Source: Ignavibacteriota bacterium
GTDB lineage: Bacteria; Bacteroidota; Ignavibacteria; Kapaibacteriales; UBA2268
Direction: 5' to 3'
Length of the DNA stretch: 64,000 nucleotides
Assembly (NCBI GenBank): GCA_024636855.1
Contig: JAGXGG010000075.1
Span: 23,360-87,359 of the forward strand
The position numbers were made by a program, and so were the translations under genes. Position 1 is the stretch's first letter, and every line of letters starts with the position of its first letter. Positions 30,944 through 40,367 of this stretch are shown one piece after another. The notes beneath the pieces are model-generated. The model made no database searches, was not told the origin of the DNA, and saw nothing but the letters and a program-made list of their open reading frames with translations.

Positions 30944-31034
30944 TGTCACAGCGAGGACTGAAAGGACATGGCTGTCTCAATACACTATTATACCCTCTGG
31001 AGACTGCCACTTCGATTCGCTTCTCGTAGTGACA
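30944..31034. repeat. Degenerate GTCAnnGCGAG...CTCGnnnTGAC palindromic element
   Basis: tgtcacagcgagg...gagactgccac...ctcgtagtgaca; related pieces at 32490-32548 and 44460-44493. Confidence 0.55.
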
Positions 31035-31145
31035 TGTTTACAAGGAGTGATTTAGGGATGTGTTATTTCCACACGCAATTACTTGCATTATTCTATTCCT
31101 TTTATTATGTTTAGGGAATCCGAACACATAAAAGTTAGTAATCTG

Positions 31146-31175
31146 TGAGACGTTTTTGCAGTTCATGTGTCTGTT
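31146..31175 (+). promoter_or_regulatory. GAGAY-N17-GTCT motif upstream of a T9SS gene
   Basis: tgagacgtttttgcagttcatgtgtctgtt, 35 nt before ATG 31211. Confidence 0.45.
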
Positions 31176-31210
31176 AAGGTATGTACTTGTGCAAATTTGG
31201 AAAAACTATT

Positions 31211-32455
31211 ATGAAAAAATATTTACTAATTCTTACATTATGTGTTTTACCACTCAACGCACAGTTTTCTTTTTACAATTCTGAAAATTCGAACATTCCA
31301 TTATCAATCATTCTTGATATTGATCAGATCGATGATACAATGTGGTTTTCTACACATAATAGCGGTATTATTTCGTTAAGTGAACAAGGTATATGGCAAG
31401 TATACGATACTAACAATTCTGAGATTAATGCGAATGATATTCCCCATATTGAAAAAACATCAGACAATAAGTTATGGTATGGTTCTATAAAAGGATTAGG
31501 CAATTTTGATGGTGTCAATTGGACATCTTATTTCCCAAATAAGAATATTAATGGGCTCGCTACTTATAAAAACATTGTTTATGCTCTAATTTATTATGAT
31601 TTATATAGATTCGAGGGAGAAAAATGGGATAAACTTTATTCTTTCGATATTATAAACTCCCCTTTTTTTAATCTAGTTAATGATAAGACAGGAGTACTTT
31701 GGATTGGTTTTAGTACTCTTGAGAATACATTATTCAAACTAGTTGGTGATGATCTACAAAAAGTCGAACTTAATGTAACAGCTCAAGAAATAGATAGCAG
31801 TGAAATAACATCAATGGCAATAGATAGCTTAAATAATTTATGGATTACTTATTTATACTTAAGAGAGCAAAGAGTAGCTAAATACAATATAGAATCTGAT
31901 GTTTGGAAAATATTTACAAAAGATGATTTGAATTATAGTGATAGTGAAAGAACAGTATTTACCGATATAACTGTAGCTCCAGACAATACAATTTTTATTT
32001 CCTCTGCTATAAATAGATATAGATCACCCAGAAATCTAGTCGAATATGATGGAGCTGAATGGAAAACTTATCAGCTTGATAGTCTATATACAGACTCAAC
32101 TTGCCTTTGCCCTCTCCGTTGTGTTGCCTCTGATACCAAAGGAAATATTTGGACAGGAACTTATGGAGTAATCAAGTACGCGGGTTCTCAAACGAGTGTT
32201 ACAAATATTGATAAGTCATCATACACCATCTACCCCAATCCAACTACTAGTTCTATCAATATAGAATTGGAAAACGAAGCACTAGCCACTAGCTACAAAA
32301 TAACAGACACAAAGGGCGAGCAAGTATTGACTGGTAGTTTGTCGACATCAAGTTCAGTTAGTATAGATGTGGAGCAATTATCGTCAGGAGTGTATATTAT
32401 AGAGCTAACAACCAGCAGTGGAGAGATGATTATTGATAAATTTGTGAAAAGGTGA
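31211..32455 (+). CDS. Beta-propeller protein with T9SS C-terminal domain
   Basis: Signal peptide MKKYLL; DSLNNLW and DTKGNIW propeller repeats; IYPNP...SSGVYII...KFVKR tail. Confidence 0.9.
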   Translation: MKKYLLILTLCVLPLNAQFSFYNSENSNIPLSIILDIDQIDDTMWFSTHNSGIISLSEQGIWQVYDTNNSEINANDIPHIEKTSDNKLWYGSIKGLGNFDGVNWTSYFPNKNINGLATYKNIVYALIYYDLYRFEGEKWDKLYSFDIINSPFFNLVNDKTGVLWIGFSTLENTLFKLVGDDLQKVELNVTAQEIDSSEITSMAIDSLNNLWITYLYLREQRVAKYNIESDVWKIFTKDDLNYSDSERTVFTDITVAPDNTIFISSAINRYRSPRNLVEYDGAEWKTYQLDSLYTDSTCLCPLRCVASDTKGNIWTGTYGVIKYAGSQTSVTNIDKSSYTIYPNPTTSSINIELENEALATSYKITDTKGEQVLTGSLSTSSSVSIDVEQLSSGVYIIELTTSSGEMIIDKFVKR

Positions 32456-32581
32456 GGATGAAGCTTCGAGTTGACTTTAAGAGATAGCCCAAGCCTTCGG
32501 CTTGGCAAGCACTTAATTTCAGCAAGCTGAAATTCCTCGCTATGACAATATTACAAAACGTTAGAGTACGACATTGACTAT

Positions 32582-32612
32582 AAAAAAAATCCCAACCAAA
32601 TGGTCGGGATTC
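32582..32612 (-). terminator. rplI terminator
   Basis: aatcccgacc...ggttgggatt plus T run on the minus strand. Confidence 0.8.
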
Positions 32613-32641
32613 TTTCATTTCAACTTTTATAAAGTAAGGGA

Positions 32642-33088
32642 TTAATCTTCGCTAATAACCCAAACTTTAAGAGGAGCAACTACATCTTTGTGCAATTTAA
32701 CTTTCACGCTAAATACACCTAATGATTTGATTGGCTCGTCAATAATTATATCTCTTCTATCTATGTTGTGACCCATCAAGCTCATTTGCTCAGCAATAGC
32801 TTGACCAGTAACAGCACCGAATAATTTGCCTTCTTCACCAACTTTCATCGGGATAGACACTTGTAACTCAGCTAACTTAGCTGCTAATGATTCAGCAACA
32901 GTTTTTTGCTCTTCTTGACGTTTGTCATATTGCTTTCTTTCGAATTTGATTCTTTGGATAGCAGCAGGAGAAGCATAGTATGCATATTGTCTAGGGATAA
33001 GATAGTTTCTACCGTAGCCGTTTTTCACTTCTACTACGTCGCCTATCGAACCTAAGTTGTCTAAATCTTGTCTTAAAATAACTTTCAT
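32642..33088 (-). CDS. rplI: 50S ribosomal protein L9
   Basis: MKVIL...VEVKNGYGRNYLIP and GKLFGAVT motifs. Confidence 0.98.
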   Translation of the reverse strand: MKVILRQDLDNLGSIGDVVEVKNGYGRNYLIPRQYAYYASPAAIQRIKFERKQYDKRQEEQKTVAESLAAKLAELQVSIPMKVGEEGKLFGAVTGQAIAEQMSLMGHNIDRRDIIIDEPIKSLGVFSVKVKLHKDVVAPLKVWVISED

Positions 33089-33123
33089 CTTAACACCTGA
33101 ATTTTAAATTTCTTTTTTTTAAA

Positions 33124-33498
33124 TTATTCTGACTTTTCTTCTACTTTTTCAGCAGAAACTTTGCCAGCTTCCAAATCTCTTTGCTTTCTGTATTCTATCA
33201 TTGCATCTGGTAAATCTAAGTTCAAGTGTCTTAGTATTGTATCTTCCAAAATTAAAAACTTATTATAAATAGTTTGGAATTCAGAAGAAGCAAGGAATTG
33301 AATATGTACATAACAGCCATTGTATTTCTTATTGATTGGGTAAGCCAATCTACGACGACCTGCATTTTTTACATTTTCAACTTCGCCACCATTATCTTCT
33401 ATATATTTTGTAACTTTTGATACTACTGCGTCGATCTCTTGATCTTCTAGAGCAGCGTTAATTATCAAAGTGGTTTCGTATCTACGACGTTCAGCCAT
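33124..33498 (-). CDS. rpsF: 30S ribosomal protein S6
   Basis: RYETTLII and GRRRLAYPINK motifs. Confidence 0.97.
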   Translation of the reverse strand: MAERRRYETTLIINAALEDQEIDAVVSKVTKYIEDNGGEVENVKNAGRRRLAYPINKKYNGCYVHIQFLASSEFQTIYNKFLILEDTILRHLNLDLPDAMIEYRKQRDLEAGKVSAEKVEEKSE

Positions 33499-33749
33499 GT
33501 ATAACTCCGATTACTGACGGTTTATAGTTTGTACTATCTAACTATGTACAAACCAGTAAATCATTAATTGTATTTAATTAGACCACAAAATTATCTAAAT
33601 ATAACTTATTAACAAAATATTATTGAAGAAAAACGATAAAAAAACAAGAAAACACCTATCAAGTTTTGTTTCAAAGATTTATAATACTTAACTTGTGAAT
33701 CGTATAAAAACACATTTAGAATTTTAAACACACATCTTAATCGAAGCGT

Positions 33750-35252
33750 ATGAGTAACGAAGAACTAAAAAACACTGAAAACAGCCAACCAGAGACTGAA
33801 TTAAATTCGGAAGAAACATCTGCCAGTGCTGAGCAATCTGCTGAAACTGTAAACGAAACTCCTGTAGTAGAAGCTGCTGAAGAGAAAGTTGAGGCTACTG
33901 CCGAAGCTAGTCCTGAGCCTGTGGTTGCTGAAGAGAAAGTTGAAGCTCCTGCTGAAACTGCTCCTGAGCCAGTTGCTAAAACAGAAGAGCCTAAAGCTGA
34001 GGAATCTACTGATTCTAAGCCAGAAGCTAGTAAATCTGATGATTCAGAAACAGAAGCCAAAGCCCATTATAATAGTGTTGTTAGCTCTTTGGAAAAATTA
34101 ATTGGTACAGAAGATACAATCAACGTAGAAGTAATTGCGAAAGCAAAAGGCGGACTTCGTGTTGTATATGATTCTGTTCCTTTATTTTTACCTGCCTCTC
34201 ATTTCTCTTTAGAAAAAAATGTTAAAGACGAAAAATTAGAAGAAGCAGTTAATACCAAATTCGACGTAAAAGTCACTGAAGTGAAGCAAATAGGCGATGG
34301 TAAAATCGTTATTGTTTCTCGTAAAGAACTAATACAAAAAGAACTTTGGGAAAAAATCAAAGTTGGTGAAGATTTGACTGGTAAAGTTTCTTCCATTACT
34401 AATTTCGGTGTTTTCTTAGATTTGGGTGGAGTAGAAGGCCTGATACACGTATCACGTCTTTCGCACTCACATATAGATAATCCTAAAAATCACTTTCACA
34501 AAGGCGATGAATTAACTGTAAAAGTTATAGAAGTTGACCAAAAGAATGGTAAAATCACTCTAAGCAAAAAAGCTTTGGAAGATTCTCCATGGAAAGGTGC
34601 AGAAGAGAAATACAAAGCTGGTGAATCAGTTACTGGTAAAATCAAACGTTTAACAGATTTCGGTGCGTATGTAGAATTAGAGCCGGGTGTAGAAGGTTTA
34701 CTAAGAGTAAGCGAACTAAGCTGGGCTAAGAGAATCAACAAGCCTTCTGACATGTTAGAAGAAAATCAAGAAATAGAATTAAAAGTAATTCAAATATCAG
34801 AAGAAAAAGGGCAAGCAGCTCTTAGTTTAAAGCAAAACCAAGAGAATCCTTGGCCAGCTCTAGCTGAGAAATACAGCAAAGGCGCTGAAGCTTCTGGTAA
34901 AGTTGAGAAAGTATTTGACAAAGGTGCTATCATCAGAATCAATGATGAAGTTGATGCATTTATGCCAATAAGCCGTATCAGCGCATTGAAAGTAAATGAA
35001 GATGACCAACCACTTAAAGTTGGTGCTGATATAGCTGTCAAAGTTATTGACTCTACTGCTAAAGATGAATCATTAGTTGTATCTCCAGTACTTTCTGAAG
35101 AACAACAAGAAAAAATGAACAATAGAAGAGAGAAACGCGAAAGAGCTCCTAGAAAACCTGTTAATAATATTCAGACTTCTGGTGGATCTATTTCTTTCGG
35201 AGATTTACTTTCTAAAGCAGCTTTAGATAGCTTGAATAAAGATTCTAAATAA
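33750..35252 (+). CDS. Multi-S1-domain protein (rpsA-like) with acidic N-terminal extension
   Basis: ITNFGVFLDLGGVEGLIHVS and LTDFGAYVELEPGVEGLLRVSELSW; about four S1 repeats. Confidence 0.9.
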   Translation: MSNEELKNTENSQPETELNSEETSASAEQSAETVNETPVVEAAEEKVEATAEASPEPVVAEEKVEAPAETAPEPVAKTEEPKAEESTDSKPEASKSDDSETEAKAHYNSVVSSLEKLIGTEDTINVEVIAKAKGGLRVVYDSVPLFLPASHFSLEKNVKDEKLEEAVNTKFDVKVTEVKQIGDGKIVIVSRKELIQKELWEKIKVGEDLTGKVSSITNFGVFLDLGGVEGLIHVSRLSHSHIDNPKNHFHKGDELTVKVIEVDQKNGKITLSKKALEDSPWKGAEEKYKAGESVTGKIKRLTDFGAYVELEPGVEGLLRVSELSWAKRINKPSDMLEENQEIELKVIQISEEKGQAALSLKQNQENPWPALAEKYSKGAEASGKVEKVFDKGAIIRINDEVDAFMPISRISALKVNEDDQPLKVGADIAVKVIDSTAKDESLVVSPVLSEEQQEKMNNRREKRERAPRKPVNNIQTSGGSISFGDLLSKAALDSLNKDSK

Positions 35253-35279
35253 GATTAAAATTTAGAAATCCATACTATT

Positions 35280-35316
35280 AATCCCTTATAAATCGTTTTT
35301 GTAAGGGATTTTTTTT
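35280..35316 (+). terminator. Intrinsic terminator
   Basis: aatcccttat...gtaagggatt followed by a T run. Confidence 0.8.
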
Positions 35317-35385
35317 ATTTTAATGGTTAGGTGTGAAAACATATTACACAAAATGACGTTAATTCAAGTAAAACAAAACCCAACT

Positions 35386-36087
35386 ATGATAAAATCAATC
35401 CCTTTATTTATAATTTTACTACAAGTCAGTCTTTTTTCTCAGAATGAAGATGTAAAAACTATTTTGAAGAAAGAAGATAGAATATCTTCCTTCGATGTAT
35501 TCACAAAAGATAGCTCTGATACTAAAATACCAGGTATAGAAAATAGAACTACACCTGCTCAAGATAGTGCTTATGCTCAAGCTTTGAGGATGAAGCTCCC
35601 AATAGAATTACGCTTACGCTATGACCTAATGAACATAGGCTATACTCTAATAAGTTTGGATCCTGAAGCAGAGAAAACGGGTATGGACTATTTACCTACT
35701 GATGCTTTCAAACCAGATCCGAATATGATAGTCCAAAGACAAGAAAACCTAATGCGTGCTTTCGAAGTGCCTTATGCTAGGACTTATAATCCTTATGGGG
35801 TAAGATTATCTTTTGCAGACATAGGTAGCTTTTTTGGTCTGACAGAAGATTATAGTGGTAATATTCAGTTCAGAGTAGATCATTACACTGAGATAGAAGT
35901 AGTTATATACTCTATCCAAGCAGTAGTAGTTGCTACTATATTCAAAGGGTATTTGCCACCAGGTAGCTATCAGCGTACTTGGACAGGAAGAGATGAGAAC
36001 GGCAGAAAGCTCCCACCGGGTGATTATATAGGTGAAGTCCGTATAAAGGGTGAAAACTCATACAGAAAACAGATTATATTAAGATAG
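35386..36087 (+). CDS. Secreted protein with C-terminal FlgD-Ig-like domain
   Basis: Signal peptide MIKSIPLFIILL; WTGRDENGRKLPPGDY motif. Confidence 0.85.
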   Translation: MIKSIPLFIILLQVSLFSQNEDVKTILKKEDRISSFDVFTKDSSDTKIPGIENRTTPAQDSAYAQALRMKLPIELRLRYDLMNIGYTLISLDPEAEKTGMDYLPTDAFKPDPNMIVQRQENLMRAFEVPYARTYNPYGVRLSFADIGSFFGLTEDYSGNIQFRVDHYTEIEVVIYSIQAVVVATIFKGYLPPGSYQRTWTGRDENGRKLPPGDYIGEVRIKGENSYRKQIILR

Positions 36088-36330
36088 AAAAAGATTTAAA
36101 TAAGGGGAAGTAAGTGGCTCCTTCTCCATCCCATTAAAGCCATAGCGGTAATCCTCACTAGCGTTGTAGATGGCGTTAGTGCCATAACTCTTACCATAAG
36201 GGCACATATTGCTTATGTTCTTCACGTCTGCTAGGTACTTCCATGCCGCAATTGGTGGTGCTGTTAGTTCTGGGTTTTTATAGTCAGCTATCACTGTTCT
36301 TACTTTTCCTAGGTGGTTGATGTTAATCAC
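36079..36330 (-). pseudogene. RHS-repeat core fragment
   Basis: NHLGKVRTVIAD...PYG...YRYGFNGMEKE resembles the Bacteroidota RHS-associated core. Confidence 0.75.
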
Positions 36331-36817
36331 ACCCCAATGAATCTTTCCAATTTTTTATATCCTCATTAAATACTCTAAGCGAATCTCCTGCGAAATATGC
36401 TGGATTTAATTGTAAATTTACTATTCCCATATATCCGAAATACTGTAAGCTTACAGAAGGTCCTAGGTTAGTTAAACTTTGAATCTCTCTGAAAACCCAA
36501 TAATAATAATTTTCTTTCGGAAGTCGACTCCCAGTTATTAAATTAGTATCAATCATTAAAACTTCTGTAAGATTAGGATTATTCCATACCCGAGATTTCT
36601 CAACTAAAATAGGTCTAAATATAGAGTCAAGGTGTTTAATTTTACTACAATCATCTAAAGACATAAAATTGCTCCATTTCGTTTGAATGTAATCATTTTC
36701 AAAAACGTAATCTTTTGGTTCAATGTCTCTAAACTTTGTACTCGAACACCCAATAATTAAAAACATAGAAGATATAATCAAACTATTTATCAAGTTTATC
36801 CCCAGTCGTTTCATCAA
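36323..36817 (-). CDS. Lipoprotein, putative immunity protein
   Basis: Lipobox IIGC; lies between a toxin-tail-like remnant and an RHS fragment. Confidence 0.65.
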   Translation of the reverse strand: MMKRLGINLINSLIISSMFLIIGCSSTKFRDIEPKDYVFENDYIQTKWSNFMSLDDCSKIKHLDSIFRPILVEKSRVWNNPNLTEVLMIDTNLITGSRLPKENYYYWVFREIQSLTNLGPSVSLQYFGYMGIVNLQLNPAYFAGDSLRVFNEDIKNWKDSLGCD

Positions 36818-36891
36818 AAGTATTACCTTCTTTTAATTCAGATTTCTTCATAATTCCATTTTCATATGTTGCTTCTACAGTCGATTTTTGT

Positions 36892-37716
36892 TCACCTTAA
36901 CTTCGTTCTATTGTTTGATAATAATGACTTCATTTGACTAATAGCAGTTAAATTGAGTTTCTCAAGTCTTTCTTCTTGTGATAAATCCATCTTTATAAAT
37001 TCGGCATTCAGACTTTCTATGTTGGCTAATATCAATAGTTGCTCTATCGTTGCAAAGTCACGGATATTGCCACCCAATGTTGGATTCTCTTTTCTCCATT
37101 GCTTAGCCGTTTTTCCAAAGAGTGCTACATTTAGAATATCCGCTTCATTTGCATAGACCATACTGATTTGTTCTATGCTTAGATTCCCGGGAACTATGTT
37201 TTCTTTTATAGCATCAGTGTGGATTCTATAATTAATTTTGGCAAGAGTACGATTCAGATTCCAATTAAGATTTAATCGGTCATTCTCATCTTCTTTTAAT
37301 CGTTGAAATTCTTTAATTAGGTATAATTTAAATGGGGCACTGATAGCCGAACCAAACTCAAAAGCAATATCCTTATGAGCATAAGTACCGCCATAACGAC
37401 CTCTTTTAACTATAATTCCAATTGCGTTTGTTTTTTCTATCCACTCAGATATACTCATGACAAAGGTATTTAGACCAGCTTGCATTTTAAAGTGGTCGAA
37501 TTCGACCACTTTAAAATCTGGATTATTCATTTGCTCCCATGTACCTAAAAACTCAAGAGTATAACGGTTTCTAATCCAGTTTTTTATAATGTCAGCGGCA
37601 CGGCTTACACTTTCTTTAGCATTCGCCATATCAGTAATACAGATGTAATCGGTTGTATTCTCTGTGATTACTTGAACTGGGATATTTTGTACAATAATTG
37701 CTTTTTGTTTACTCAT
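36892..37716 (-). CDS. KilA-N domain DNA-binding protein
   Basis: DYICITDMA, IKNWIRNRYTLEFLGTWE and GRYGGTYAHKDIAFEF motifs; likely start MSKQK at 37716. Confidence 0.92.
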   Translation of the reverse strand: MSKQKAIIVQNIPVQVITENTTDYICITDMANAKESVSRAADIIKNWIRNRYTLEFLGTWEQMNNPDFKVVEFDHFKMQAGLNTFVMSISEWIEKTNAIGIIVKRGRYGGTYAHKDIAFEFGSAISAPFKLYLIKEFQRLKEDENDRLNLNWNLNRTLAKINYRIHTDAIKENIVPGNLSIEQISMVYANEADILNVALFGKTAKQWRKENPTLGGNIRDFATIEQLLILANIESLNAEFIKMDLSQEERLEKLNLTAISQMKSLLSNNRTKLR

Positions 37717-37886
37717 AGCTGACTTTTTCGAATAGTTCAATCTCAGAATAAAGTAATATAGAATATATTTTCTTACTTTCCTATTCTTTATTAATGTCAA
37801 TTATATACGTTATTAAATGATCTTTCCAATAATTCTTTTTGCTCAAAATAGTGTAGTCTCTATTACAAATAGAATTTTTAATTAAC

Positions 37887-37911
37887 CGTCCAACTTTTGG
37901 GGTTCAGTCCA
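37887..37911 (-). mobile_element. Solitary IS3-family (IS150-group-like) terminal inverted repeat
   Basis: Minus strand reads TGGACTGAACCCCAAAAGTTGGACG; no transposase nearby. Confidence 0.65.
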
Positions 37912-37951
37912 AGTGGCTCCTTTTTTTATTTTCTAATTATCATTGTTTGTC

Positions 37952-39511
37952 TTAGTGCTTGAAGTGACGCATACCAGTGAATATCATCGCTATGTTGTTA
38001 TCATTAGCTGCTTTTATTACTTCGTCATCTCTCACAGAGCCACCCGGTTGAATTACCGCTGTTGCTCCTGCTTTGACGGCTTCTAGTAGTCCATCAGCAA
38101 ATGGGAAGAATGCATCGGAAGCAACAACACTACCTTGTAGGTCTAGCTCCATTAGCTTCGATTTCTCTACTGCTATTCTCGATGAATCTACTCGTGACAT
38201 CTGACCAGCACCTATTCCTAGAGTTCTGTCGCTCTTACCATATACAATTGCATTTGATTTAACGTGCTTACAAACTTTCCAGTTGAACATCAGTGCTTGC
38301 CACTCATCGTTCGTTGGCTCTCTGTCTGTAACTACTTTCATATCTTCATTGTTTATCAAATCAGCATCAGTCGATTGAGAAAGCAATCCACCTAGTACAG
38401 ATTTTAGCTCATAACCTTGTGCATTTTTCAGCATATCATAGTTCAGTCTAATTAATCGTCTATCTTTTTTCTTAGATAGATGTTCTAGTGCTTCTGCAGT
38501 GAAATCTGGTGCTATTAGAACTTCAGTGAATATACTATGTATCTTCTCTGCCATCTCTATATCCAAAGTCTTATTCATAGCTATTATACCACCGAAAGGG
38601 GAGACTCTGTCAGTAGCAAAAGCATTGTCATAAGCTGTAACTAGATTACTTCCACGACCAACACCACAAGGGTTTGTGTGCTTGATTATAGATACTGTTG
38701 GTTCTTCATCATCAGAGAATTCGTTTATTATTCTTGCCGCTGAGTCTATGTCTATTATGTTATTATACGATAGCTCTTTGCCGTGTAACTTCTCAAATAT
38801 CTCAGATATGTTCCCATATAGAGCTGCCGATTGATGCGGGTTTTCTCCATAGCGTAGGTCTTGTTCTTTCTTGAATGATATATTGATAGTTGGGCCTAAA
38901 TCAATGGCATTATGCTTATTGAAGTAGTTAGAAATGATTGAATCATATCTAGCAGTGTGATTGAATACTTCGCCTGCTAGTTGCACTCTCAATCCTTCGG
39001 ATATAGTACTACCGTTTGACTCCAATTCATTTAGAACTGTATCATATTTATCAGGATTAACTACTACTGCAGTCCACTTGTAGTTCTTCGCAGCTGCACG
39101 TAGCATAGTCGGTCCACCGATGTCTATATTCTCAATCATCTCATCATGAGGGGCATTTTTCTTTAGTGTTTCTTCGAATGGATATAGGTTCACAACAAGT
39201 AAATCTATTGATTTCAGATTGTGTTTCTCTAGCTCATCTATATGGTCTTGCTTACCTAGGTCCGCCAATATACCCGAATGGATAGCTGGATGCAGAGTCT
39301 TTACTCTACCGTCCATAATCTCTGGGAAATTAGTCAATGCACTTACTGATTGTACATTGATTCCTGCACTAGCTATTGTTGCTTTAGTTCCACCAGTTGA
39401 GTATATCTCTATACCTAGTGAGTCTAGCTTTCTTGCAAATTCTACTACACCAGTCTTATCCGAGACTGATATTATTGCTCTTTCTACTTTATGTGTTGAA
39501 GGGGTTTTCAT
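37952..39511 (-). CDS. purH: Bifunctional AICAR transformylase/IMP cyclohydrolase
   Basis: AIISVSDKTG, GRVKTLHP, LRYGENPHQ, KHVKSNAIV and ASDAFFPF motifs. Confidence 0.98.
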   Translation of the reverse strand: MKTPSTHKVERAIISVSDKTGVVEFARKLDSLGIEIYSTGGTKATIASAGINVQSVSALTNFPEIMDGRVKTLHPAIHSGILADLGKQDHIDELEKHNLKSIDLLVVNLYPFEETLKKNAPHDEMIENIDIGGPTMLRAAAKNYKWTAVVVNPDKYDTVLNELESNGSTISEGLRVQLAGEVFNHTARYDSIISNYFNKHNAIDLGPTINISFKKEQDLRYGENPHQSAALYGNISEIFEKLHGKELSYNNIIDIDSAARIINEFSDDEEPTVSIIKHTNPCGVGRGSNLVTAYDNAFATDRVSPFGGIIAMNKTLDIEMAEKIHSIFTEVLIAPDFTAEALEHLSKKKDRRLIRLNYDMLKNAQGYELKSVLGGLLSQSTDADLINNEDMKVVTDREPTNDEWQALMFNWKVCKHVKSNAIVYGKSDRTLGIGAGQMSRVDSSRIAVEKSKLMELDLQGSVVASDAFFPFADGLLEAVKAGATAVIQPGGSVRDDEVIKAANDNNIAMIFTGMRHFKH

Positions 39512-39734
39512 TTATCTTTTTGTTTTATTTTGAATTACTTACTACAAAATTAATAAAATAATAGACTCCTATCATTACCTTTTACTATTGAGTTATACAC
39601 AGTCAATTAGACATATAATATTCTCAATAAATAACCTTTAGCTATTGCTAATAATATGATATTTGCAATATAATTCTATTAATTCGTTTATAAAGATAGA
39701 CGATATTGTTTAACTATATGATGGAGATGTAAAA

Positions 39735-39926
39735 ATGGATAACCTAATAGTAAAAGGAAACTGGAACGAAGTGAAAGGTAAACTAAAACAAGAATTCGGT
39801 GAGTTAACCGATAATGATTTAACTTACTCTGAAGGTAAGGAAGATGAATTAATCGGTAAACTTCAACAGAAACTGGGTAAGACCAAAGATGAAATAAAGA
39901 AAAAAATTGCCGAATATACTAGCTAA
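39735..39926 (+). CDS. CsbD family protein
   Basis: [23 protein letters not shown]. Confidence 0.93.
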   Translation: MDNLIVKGNWNEVKGKLKQEFGELTDNDLTYSEGKEDELIGKLQQKLGKTKDEIKKKIAEYTS

Positions 39927-39945
39927 TAATTGCTAAAACAAAGTA

Positions 39946-39974
39946 AAGCATCCACGATTGGATGCTTTTTTTTT
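39946..39974 (+). terminator. Intrinsic terminator
   Basis: aaagcatcca...tggatgcttt followed by a T run. Confidence 0.8.
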
Positions 39975-40010
39975 ATATTTGCAGCATAATACAACAATGA
40001 AATCTGAGAA

Positions 40011-40367
40011 ATGAACATAGAAAATCCTTTATTTTTAATTCCAATTATAACTGGTCCAATAGTTATTATTATAATGCTCATTACTTTAAAATACCCTCCT
40101 AAGAAAATAAATTCTATATATGGATACAGAACAAAACGGTCAATGACAAGTCAAGAAGCTTGGGATTTTGCGCAACCTTTCTCAGGAAAGATGATGATTA
40201 AGTATATGGTAATCTATACACTAACTTCAGCTTTAGCTTTACCTATGAAAGATTTAGACCCAATAATTGGAGTTTTTCTATCTTTATTAACTATGATCTT
40301 ATTTATGGCAATTCCTATAGTAAAAACAGAAAGTGAACTTAAGTCAAGATTTGGTGATAAACCCTAA
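40011..40367 (+). CDS. SdpI family membrane protein
   Basis: PPKKINSIYGYRTKRSM...W motif. Confidence 0.9.
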   Translation: MNIENPLFLIPIITGPIVIIIMLITLKYPPKKINSIYGYRTKRSMTSQEAWDFAQPFSGKMMIKYMVIYTLTSALALPMKDLDPIIGVFLSLLTMILFMAIPIVKTESELKSRFGDKP

